Origin: a virus
Taxonomy: Duplodnaviria > Heunggongvirae > Uroviricota > Caudoviricetes
DNA: 38,688 nucleotides
IMG/VR virus record: IMGVR_UViG_2703718837_000002
Direction: 5' to 3' (one strand)
Under the pieces are notes generated by a model, which was given only the letters and a program-made list of their open reading frames with translations, was not told the DNA's origin and made no database searches. Positions within the stretch are counted from its first letter, which is position 1. Each line of letters opens with the position of its first letter. A program made the translations under genes and the position numbers. Positions 9,699 through 21,100 of the stretch are shown piece after piece.

Positions 9699-9715
9699 AA
9701 ATTAATTAGAGCAAT
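9699..9715 (-). promoter_or_regulatory. C1 operator upstream of ssb
   Basis: The minus strand reads ATTGCTCTAATTAATTT, 16 of 17 matches to the C1 operator consensus ATTGCTCTAATAAATTT. It lies 20 bp upstream of the ssb start. Confidence 0.75.
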
Positions 9716-9742
9716 AATGTATATCTTTGAAACGTGGCTAAC

Positions 9743-9761
9743 AAGTGATTTGCATTATCCT
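9743..9761 (+). promoter_or_regulatory. Lpa-type late promoter candidate for lyz
   Basis: AAGTGATTT, then N4, then TATCCT, 88 nt upstream of the lyz ATG. Confidence 0.5.
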
Positions 9762-9848
9762 GTGCCTTCTAAAGGGATCGAGTCAGTCGGTATTGGCTGT
9801 GAATGGGTGTTTGTCCTGGAGCGTAAAAAATTCGCTTATGAGGTCTTT

Positions 9849-10406
9849 ATGAAGGGAAAAACAGCCGCAGGAGGCGGTGCAATTTGCGCTATCGCGATGA
9901 TGATTACCATCGTGATGGGTAATGGCAATGTGCGAACCAACCAGGCGGGGCTTGAGCTTATCGGAAACGCTGAAGGTTGCCGACGTGATCCATACAAGTG
10001 CCCGGCGGGTGTATGGACTGACGGGATCGGTAATACACACGGGGTAACGCCGGGTGTGCGAAAAACAGACCAGCAAATCGCCGCTGATTGGGAAAAGAAT
10101 ATCCTGATCGCTGAACGCTGTATTAATCAGCACTTCCGGGGCAAAGACATGCCCGATAATGCCTTCAGTGCAATGACAAGCGCGGCATTCAATATGGGAT
10201 GCAATAGCTTACGGACCTACTACAGCAAAGCGCGAGGCATGCGAGTAGAAACGTCCATCCACAAGTGGGCGCAGAAAGGGGAATGGGTGAATATGTGTAA
10301 CCATCTCCCTGATTTCGTGAACAGTAACGGCGTCCCCCTGCCCGGGTTAAAGATTCGCCGTGAAAAAGAACGCCAGCTTTGCCTGACGGGGCTGATCAAT
10401 GAATAA
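9849..10406 (+). CDS. lyz: Lyz, SAR-type endolysin (T4-lysozyme family)
   Basis: ATG at 9849 with GAGG 5 nt upstream gives 185 aa. It has an N-terminal weakly hydrophobic signal-anchor-release segment (GGGAICAIAMMITIVMG) and the catalytic-region motif E-x8-D/C-x5-T. Confidence 0.9.
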   Translation: MKGKTAAGGGAICAIAMMITIVMGNGNVRTNQAGLELIGNAEGCRRDPYKCPAGVWTDGIGNTHGVTPGVRKTDQQIAADWEKNILIAERCINQHFRGKDMPDNAFSAMTSAAFNMGCNSLRTYYSKARGMRVETSIHKWAQKGEWVNMCNHLPDFVNSNGVPLPGLKIRREKERQLCLTGLINE

Positions 10407-10650
10407 ACTCCGGCAGCTCCGCCGACTTTCGACAATGAAGTTATCGCTGGCGGCGATAGTTTTCGACTCGATTTTCATGGCGGTATATGTGCTCAATGAG
10501 ACGTGGCCACTGGAACCGCTATTGTATGCCGGGCTTCGGCTGTGCCTGACATTTTTGAGCATGGCTGCGAGATTGATGCAACAGAAAGAAACCGCTTCAG
10601 ATTGTCCACGCCGCGCGGTGCGCAAATATATGGCACGCAGGCGAAGATGA
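10399..10650 (+). CDS. small membrane protein downstream of lyz (lydD/lydE position)
   Basis: The start overlaps the lyz stop. 83 aa with two hydrophobic segments and a basic tail. Exact equivalence to P1 lydD or lydE was not verifiable. Confidence 0.55.
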   Translation: MNKLRQLRRLSTMKLSLAAIVFDSIFMAVYVLNETWPLEPLLYAGLRLCLTFLSMAARLMQQKETASDCPRRAVRKYMARRRR

Positions 10651-10660
10651 TTTAACCATT

Positions 10661-10693
10661 ATTGCTCTAATAAATTTGATTTATTAGAGCAAA
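10661..10693. promoter_or_regulatory. paired inverted C1 operators, left end of immI-like module 1
   Basis: A perfect ATTGCTCTAATAAATTT at 10661-10677, plus an inverted copy. Together they form TTGCTCTAATAAAT-TTG-ATTTATTAGAGCAA, 14-bp perfect arms. Confidence 0.85.
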
Positions 10694-10718
10694 TAACCTA
10701 CCATCGAACACGGCTCTA

Positions 10719-10747
10719 TTGATCTCATCGTCGTTCAGGCTTATAGT
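10719..10747 (+). promoter_or_regulatory. sigma70 promoter candidate for the c4-icd-ant transcript (module 1)
   Basis: TTGATC-N17-TATAGT. Both hexamers and the spacing are conserved in module 2. A GATC lies within the -35 element. Confidence 0.55.
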
Positions 10748-10778
10748 TCCACCGTCGTAGCAAATTCTGCGACCAGGT

Positions 10779-10799
10779 TTGACAGCCTGAATACGAATG
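10779..10799 (+). promoter_or_regulatory. upstream c4-complementary site pair a1/b1 (module 1)
   Basis: TTGACAG-N7-ACGAATG. Both heptamers are exact complements of the c4 loop elements at 10904-10923. Confidence 0.55.
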
Positions 10800-10866
10800 C
10801 GGACAACCGCAGATTTCCGATATTGCGGTATTTTTGTGTCCGTAAACCACGTTACGCCCGAATTAT

Positions 10867-10943
10867 GGTGGGGCGTGATGGGGAGGCTTCGGCCTGCTGG
10901 TTTCATTCGTGCCAGTCTGTCAACCCTGTCACGTCCTGCCACC
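10867..10943 (+). ncRNA. c4: c4 antisense RNA, 77 nt (module 1)
   Basis: 77 nt. A closing stem (GGUGG...CCACC and CGUGA/UCACG), an AGGC-UUCG-GCCU hairpin, and a single-stranded CAUUCGU-GCCAGU-CUGUCAA element complementary to the sites flanking it. The size matches the published 77 nt c4 RNA. Confidence 0.8.
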
Positions 10944-10946
10944 TGT

Positions 10947-10985
10947 TTGACAGCGGGTCGCAGGTTGTTAAACCTACGAATGAGG
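10947..10985 (+). promoter_or_regulatory. c4 target a'/b' overlapping the icd ribosome binding site (module 1)
   Basis: TTGACAG-N22-ACGAATGAGG. The b' element abuts and overlaps the SD GAGG, 8 nt before the icd ATG. Confidence 0.65.
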
Positions 10986-10993
10986 CCGTAACT

Positions 10994-11215
10994 ATGGTTA
11001 ATGCCAATCCTTGCGCACGCCCTGAATTTATCTGGCGCTTTTACTCCTGCCAGAAACGTCACTATCACTTCGTAATTGCACCGACAGAAGATGAGGCCCG
11101 CTCTCTGCTTCCTGACGCTCCCTGCATTTTCTCTGCCCGCTTTTCCACTGATTCGCGCAACTCTCTCAGTTACTGGTGCCTCCCTGTTAACGCTTCTGCT
11201 CAGGAGGGACTATGA
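10994..11215 (+). CDS. icd: Icd-like 73-aa protein (module 1)
   Basis: 73 codons, the published size of P1 icd. Its stop overlaps the ant1 start (ATGA). Conserved in all three modules. Confidence 0.8.
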   Translation: MVNANPCARPEFIWRFYSCQKRHYHFVIAPTEDEARSLLPDAPCIFSARFSTDSRNSLSYWCLPVNASAQEGL

Positions 11216-12303
11216 GAACGTCATTAGTCACCCGTGAAGAAATGATTGAGGCAATTGAACAGCACACATCCTGTATCAGTACCAGGGATATACCGGGTGT
11301 TATTGCCAACTACTTCATGATCACCAAACAACTTTACCGGAGAAAGGACAAGAACGCGGTTCACCGCATTCTGTTGTCTGATATCCGCGAATACCTGCTC
11401 GAACAGGGTCGTCTTGATTATGCAACCGTAACCGCCGAAGCACGCAAGGAGGCACACAGGATGAAAGCAACTAATGTTAAATCAGAAAAAATTACCCTGC
11501 CTTCAGTTCAGGAATCCGAGCTGGTGGTTGTTCAGAATCAGTCTGATGAAATTCCCGTTCTGGAATGGCTGGGAGTGCGTGTCGTAACGACCGAAACTCT
11601 TGCTAGAGGGTATGGTACCGATGAAGCCAATATTCGTAAAAATTTGTCTCGCAACTCCGATCGCTTTGAAGAAGGCAAGCATTACTATCTCTTAACCGGT
11701 TCAAAGTTAAAGGAATTTAAAAGGCTAGTGACTATTAGTCACTTGGTTAGCAAATATACAAGTCAGGTAATTCTCTGGACAGAGCGCGGCGCTGCACGCA
11801 TGTCTAAGATCGTGGACACAAATGAAGCATGGGCATTCTTTGAAAAACTGGAAGACAGCTACTTCCGACAAAAAGAACAGCAACCGGTCTCAATTCCCCA
11901 GACGCTTCCAGAAGCTCTGCGCCTGGCTGCCGAGTTGGCAGAACAGAAAATGCAACTGGAACAACAGCTGGTGGCCGCAGCCCCTAAAGTCGATTTTGCC
12001 GACCGGGTATCAGTGGCTAAGGGGATCCTGATTGGAAATTTTGCAAAGGTTGTTGGACTTAAGCAAAACGCGCTGTTTGCCTGGTTACGGGAGAACGGCA
12101 TCCTGATTGCGTCCGGCGGACGTAAAAATGTACCGTTTCAGCAGTACATAAACGCCGGGTATTTCACGGTGAAAGAAGTGGTGCTGGATGATGAAGATGG
12201 CTACCAGATACGGTTGACGCCCCAGCTAACGGGGAAAGGCCAGCAGTGGCTGACGCGTAAACTGCTCGATGCAGGTTTATTAAAGCCTGTAGCGGCTGAG
12301 TGA
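11212..12303 (+). CDS. ant1: antirepressor Ant1 (363 aa), with in-frame Ant2 starting at 11461
   Basis: An ORF6N/KilA-N-like middle region (VRVVTTETLARGYG...RFEEGKHY) and a KilAC/ANT C-terminal domain. An internal ATG at codon 84 is preceded by AAGGAGG and gives 280 aa, consistent with P1 Ant1 (~42 kDa) and Ant2 (~32 kDa). Confidence 0.85.
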   Translation: MRTSLVTREEMIEAIEQHTSCISTRDIPGVIANYFMITKQLYRRKDKNAVHRILLSDIREYLLEQGRLDYATVTAEARKEAHRMKATNVKSEKITLPSVQESELVVVQNQSDEIPVLEWLGVRVVTTETLARGYGTDEANIRKNLSRNSDRFEEGKHYYLLTGSKLKEFKRLVTISHLVSKYTSQVILWTERGAARMSKIVDTNEAWAFFEKLEDSYFRQKEQQPVSIPQTLPEALRLAAELAEQKMQLEQQLVAAAPKVDFADRVSVAKGILIGNFAKVVGLKQNALFAWLRENGILIASGGRKNVPFQQYINAGYFTVKEVVLDDEDGYQIRLTPQLTGKGQQWLTRKLLDAGLLKPVAAE

Positions 12304-12315
12304 TTAAATTAAAAA

Positions 12316-12333
12316 GGCGGCCTTTCGGCCGCC
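12316..12333 (-). terminator. conserved module-end hairpin, minus-strand terminator
   Basis: GGCGGCC-TTTC-GGCCGCC with a T-run on the minus-strand side. An identical hairpin ends module 2. Confidence 0.5.
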
Positions 12334-12347
12334 AGTGATTTCAGATA

Positions 12348-12373
12348 CCCCGGCAGCCGCCGGGGTTATTTTT
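12348..12373 (+). terminator. intrinsic terminator after ant (module 1)
   Basis: CCCCGGC-AGCC-GCCGGGG followed by TTATTTTT. Confidence 0.6.
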
Positions 12374-12378
12374 GGTGG

Positions 12379-15109
<2,731 letters not shown>

Positions 15110-15142
15110 TTAATTAGAATAATTCACATCGTGTTTGAACGG

Positions 15143-15161
15143 AATTTAACACTAGTCACTT
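15143..15161 (-). promoter_or_regulatory. Lpa-type late promoter for prt-pro
   Basis: The minus strand reads AAGTGACTA, then N4, then TAAATT, about 40 nt upstream of the prt start. Confidence 0.6.
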
Positions 15162-15175
15162 GTTAAGGATTACCA

Positions 15176-18100
15176 ATGAACAAGCTATCTATGGGGGTGT
15201 TTCGCTGTTCAAGTGTCAGCGAAATATTGAAATATATTAGGGCAATAACATTTCGCCGAGCGCCGATTAAATACGGCGTGGAAAAGGTGGAAGGCAAAAG
15301 CTATGACCGACTGCGCCGGGAGGCGAATCAGAAGGCGATAGATTTGCTTAATTCGCTGGTGGACGGCGCGACACTGACAGATGAACAGCGCCAGATCCTG
15401 GCTGGGTACACCGGTGAAGGCGGCATTGGCGGGTCCGTCTCCGAATATTACACACCAAAGCCGATCGCTGAAGGTGTCTGGGAGATCATGAAGCTCTACG
15501 GCGCGGACGTAGGTAACACTCTGGAACCATCGGCGGGAACCGGCGTTTTTAATGAGACAAAACCGGTTGGTACGGTGATGACCGCGACTGAGATCAGCAG
15601 TGTTTCCGGTCGTATAAACCAGTTGTTACACCCGGAAGACAGCGTACAGATTTCCCCGTTCGAACAGCTGGCTATAAGCACCCCTAACGATTCATTCGAC
15701 CATGTTGTGGGTAACGTTCCGTTCGGCGGTCGTGATAACACACGCAACATCGATAAGCCTTACGCAGAAGAAACGGACATGGGTTCTTACTTCATGCTCC
15801 GCATGCTGGACAAGATAAAGCCTGGCGGATTCATGTGTGTGATTGTGCCGCCGTCAATTGTTTCAGGTTCAAACATGAAGCGGTTACGCCTGCGCCTATC
15901 CCGTAAAGCTGAATTTCTTGGCGCTCACCGCTTGCCTACCGGTACTTTTGACGCAAACGGGACCAGTACAGTCGTTGATGTGGTGCTGATGCGCAAACAT
16001 CCGGCAGAGATGGCTGAGAAAATCCCCCTGGTGGATGAAAGCACTCTTGAATCGGCAAATGTGCTTTGGCCAACGTTTATTTCTGGCAAGTGGTTTGAAA
16101 AGGACGGCCGCCGGTTTGTTCATGGTACCCAGGAAAAGGGCTTCCAGGGGCGTATTGAGGTTCGTGCCGACGGGCAGATTGATAACCAGGCTCTTAAAGC
16201 GAAGCTGATTCATCGTTTCGAAAGTCGTATCGACTGGTCTTTGCTCGATATGGCTGAACCGTCACCGACCGCAGATGTTGTTGATGAAGGGGAAATGCGC
16301 CTGATTAATGGCGTATGGCAAAAATATGCTGGTGGTCGCTGGATTGAAGCTGATGCTGGTAAGGAGCTTAAGATTGATGCTGCCAGTTATGGCGCGGATA
16401 GCTGGGAGGCTCTTCAGCGTAACCTGACTACAACAGAAGGCCGTCTCGGTATGACATTTACCCAGATGGCAAATGTCCGCGATAAGTACACCACATCAAT
16501 CAGCGACGATATGGTGCAGCTGGTGGACTGGATTAACAGCCAGCCTGAAAAATACCGTGAACGCTTGTATCGCGGGGCGATGATTGGCCGGATGTTAATT
16601 GAATATCAGGATATGAAGGCCGCTGGGCATAGTGCTGAACAAATCGAACAGCAGCGCCTTTCTCTGGTGTCCCGTTTGCAGGCAGAGATTGACCGTTTTG
16701 GTAACCCCGGTCGCGGTCCGATAGCTAAATTATCGGGAAGCGGTGCGCGCGCCTGGTTTGCTTTCCGTGGTGCAATTAAGCTGGATGGCACTATTTCTGA
16801 CGAGCTGACAGGAAAGCTGGTTACGCATGATTCCAGCGCCAGTTATGACTCCACCAGCTATCAGGACACCCTGCGTTATCTCTATAGCGATCTTACCCGC
16901 GATCCAATCCAGCTCGATGATTTCCGCCTTGCGTTTACCGGCGAACTGCCAGCCAGTGATGAAGAGTTGCTTAATTTATTGGCCAGCACCCCTGGTATTG
17001 CGGTTTCACCGTATGGCGGGATTGTTCCGTTCGCCCGCGCCACCAGCGGCGACATTAACGAGATAGTGGCTCCAAAACAGGAATTCCTTGCCACACTCCC
17101 CGACGGTCCAGTAAAGAACAACGTCCTTAATCAGCTGGCAGCGATCGAAGAGAAGCGCATCAAGACGCCAGCAGAGAATATCCGCTTTAAGCTCAATAGC
17201 CGTTGGTTCGACCGCTCCGTCATTCTGGAGTTTTTGCAGGAAAACGGCTATCCGGATCTGCGCTATGTGCAGTCAGTGCAGCTGGAAGGCGACGAAATGG
17301 TTTCTGACACCTATCACGGTGGTGATGGTCTGTTCGTCGGACACCGATACGGTGTCGTCCAGCGCAAGGATAAAGAAACAGGAGAGATCCGCTACGAGTG
17401 GGACCGTAAATCAGGTGAAAACGCGACCGGGTTCCCGGCACAGCTGGAAAAGTATCTCAATGGTGCGCGTATCGGTGGCAAAGATAGCGCGACGGCGAAC
17501 GGCTACCGCGAGCAGATGGCACTGCTTGAGGACCAGTTCAATAAGTGGATCAAGACGCACGATCGCTACGATGAGCTGGTTGCCAAATACAACGATGTGT
17601 TCAATAGCAATATCCCGTATGAACACTCTGGCGATCCGCTTGGGTTGAAGGGATTAAGCGGTAAGCGCCAGCCATTTGATTACCAGAATAGCGAGGTGCG
17701 CCGACTGTCCGAAGATGGGCGCGGCATCCTGGGCTTCGGTACCGGGCTGGGTAAAACCACGACCGCGCTGGCGCTTGAGGCGTTCAACTATGAGAACGGT
17801 CGCTCCACCCGTACTGCTTATGTAGTGCCTAAATCAGTGCTGGAAAACTGGTATTACGAAGCAAAAGAGTTCCTGAGTGAAGAAGCCTTCAGTAACTACT
17901 TGTTCGTTGGACTGGATGTACTAATGGACGGCGATCAGATTCGCCAGGTTCCGGTGCTCGATGAGAACGGTAAACCTGTCCTTGGTGCTGATGGCACTCC
18001 ACTTATGCGCGATGCCCTTAAACTGGCAGATGAAGCCACTATCACGGCGCGTATGAACGCGATCCCGCACTCAAATTACCGTGCAGTCGTGTTTACCAAA

Positions 18101-21100
18101 GAACAATACGCCCGCATTCCGCTACGTGATGACACCGTAGATGAGCATGCACAGGATATGCTTTATGACTTCGTTGCTGCCGGGCGCGTAGCCAGCGCAA
18201 TGGACTCCGACTCCCACCGCAAAGAGGCCGCGCGTCGCCGGGTATTGTCGGAGTATTCAGATACCGGTACCGAAAAAGCAGAGAAGTATCCGTACTTTGA
18301 GGATATGGGCTTCGACAGCGTGATTGCTGACGAAGGCCACAACTACCGCAATAGCTATAAAAATGGTCGCGAAGCGTCACAGCTGGCCTATCTGCCCACC
18401 AGCGCGGTGGCGCAATCGGCGCGAGATATGGCAATCAAAAACGCGTACCTGATGAAAAAGAATGGTGGGCGTGGACCGGTTCTCCTGACTGCAACGCCAG
18501 TCGTTAACACCCCGATCGATGCATACAACATGCTTTCTCATGTTCTGCCGAAGGAATACTGGCAGAAGATGGGGATCTACGGTCCTGATGACTTCGTTAA
18601 ATTCTTCGGCAAGACCAGGCTGGAAACGGTACAGAAAATTAGCGGTGAAGTTGAAGAAAAAATGGCGCTGGTGGGCTTTGAAAACCTTGATGCGCTGCGC
18701 GGTATATTCCATCGCTGGGTAACGCTTAAAACGGCGGAAGACGTTAAGGATACCGTGGAGATCCCGGAGCTGGACGAACACCAGCAGGATGCACCACTTA
18801 CTGAAGAACAACTGGCGGCGTATGAAGAATTGCGTCAGCAGGCGGAAGCGGCGGCCAAAGCCAACAATGGCGTAACGACCTCGGTCAATGAAGACGGCGT
18901 GATTGAGCACGAGAAAGCCCGTCCGATCTTCTCAATAATCAGGGATATGGACCGCGTATGTACTGACATGGACCTGTACTATCGCCGGATCACCTATCGT
19001 TTCCTGCCGGAGTATGCCGATGCGGTGCAGCAGCTGGCGGACAGTTTGCCTAAACAAGCCACCAGCGAAGACGACGACAGTGATGATTCAATCACGCAGC
19101 AATCGCAATACTCCCTGATAGATAAGGGCGAGTTTATTCAGTTGCAGGTTCCGGAAGCGTTCGAGCAGGAAGTGAATAAGCGCCTGGCCAGGTTTGGCAT
19201 TGACGAACAGACCGTAACTCACCCCGTTACGCCCAAATACGCGAAGCTGATTGCCACGCTGAAGGAGTTTTTCCCGGAAGGTAAGCAAATCATCTTCACG
19301 GACGAAAAAACGCAGCACCAGAAGCTCAAGCGCATTATCTGCAATGCTCTTAACCTTGAACCTTCAAAGGTGGGGATCCTGAATGCTCAGACGGTTGCCG
19401 AGGCAGGTAAAACCGGTAAGAAACTGAAAGCGGTTAAACCGCCGAAAGAGTTACCGGATGAACCAACAGATGCACAGATAGCGAAATACAACGAGCAAAT
19501 GGCTCTGTATGACGCCTATATCGCGCAGCAAAATGAAATGTCGTTGGGCGGTCTGGAAAAGATTGCAGCCGACTTCCAGGAGGGCCGGACTCCGATCATC
19601 ATCTGCAACAAAAAGGCAGAGGTGGGTATCAACCTGCATCGAGGAACGACTGACATCCATCATCTGACGTTGCCGTGGACTCCAGCCAGTATCGCACAAC
19701 GTAACGGTCGCGGTGCCCGAGTTGGCTCCAACCGTGCAAGCGTTCGCGTTCACTACTACTGCGGCAAGGGTTCTTTCGATGAATACCGACTGAAGACGCT
19801 GAAGCGTAAAGCAGGCTGGATCTCCGATATCCTCCGTTCAGATAAGTCAGAAATGGAGAACGCCGACGCCAACGATATGATCGAAATGCAGATGTATACC
19901 GCTAAGGATGATGGCGAACGTCTGGCAATGATGCAGGTTCAAATGGATAAGGCGAAAGCCGCGCAACGCGCTCGCCAGAAAGAACAGGCTACTATCGACC
20001 TTCAGAACTACATCAAGGCGCAGCACGCAGCTGGCGAGGATGTGGAGGTACTTACCGCTGAATTAGAGCGAAGCAAAGCGGAACTTGAAAAGACCACCGC
20101 CGACGTCGACAAATTCAAACAAGCAGCAATGGCCAAAGCAGCTGATAACGCAGACTGGAAGGCACGTTGGGGGAGTGTCCATAACGCTGACCGTATGTTG
20201 TTAGCTCGATATCGCGCTTCGTTAAAAAATGCTATTCAACAGAAGGCTAATATCTCTCAAGCCATCTCCCGCTATGAGAAATTATTGAACCGTACCCAGA
20301 AGGCCGCGACGGATATCAAACGCCTGCGCCCGCTGGTGGAGGATGCAATAAATAAAGGCATTCTGGATGTTGATCCTGACCTGGTTAACCATGCGAGTGA
20401 GTTCCTTGTTATCGGCGATCGCTCATGGCGTGTAGGCCAATACTATGATTGTGCCGGTGATATCGTCCGCATTAAGTCTCTGGACTTCGACAGCCAGCGC
20501 GCAGACGTGGAGATCATCTTTACCTTCAAAGGCACAAAATCTGGTAACTGGGATGTGAAGACGCTGGATAAACAGGTGGATGTAACTCCCGATGAAGATG
20601 CTGTTATGCAGAAAATCAGTGGTGGCGTCTCCATCGCCGGGATTAACGACATCATTTCCTGTGACGATTTCTACCGTTTCCAGCAGCGCGGCATGATCAA
20701 AATCACTGACTCGTACGGCGTTCAGACTACAGAGTCAGGCTATAGCATTGATTTTGTTGGTACCTATACGGACCCACTGAAGCATGCGGTTTACCCGGAT
20801 CGCCGTGACGGCGCGCTGAAGTCGTCAATTGCAAAATGGGTGCTTGGTATGATGTCTGAAGGGAATAACCGCCAGGTCCGTTTGGCAGAAGTATTCCTGA
20901 CTGAACTGTTTGGCTCCAATTATGGCGATGTAATCGCGTCATATGGAGATACGCTATCCCCTGAAGCAATTCAGGAGAAAATAGCGGATGCGATCGCCAG
21001 AATGCCGGAGAAAACAAGCCAGGGGGCTACTCGTAACGGGGATTCTGAACTTGAGGTCACCAATGCCATTTTCGGTACCCATGAGTTCCGGGCGTCAGAT

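Noticed and set aside
9717-9848. N-terminal extension of the lyz ORF (229-aa version)
   Set aside because: The ATG at 9849 has a proper SD and gives the 185-aa SAR endolysin. The extension would run through the proposed late promoter.
10667-11068. 133-aa minus-strand ORF, and its 96-aa counterpart at 24263-24553
   Set aside because: Both lie antisense to the c4 leader. Their conservation is explained by the RNA elements. The two copies have different lengths and starts, and neither has a convincing SD.
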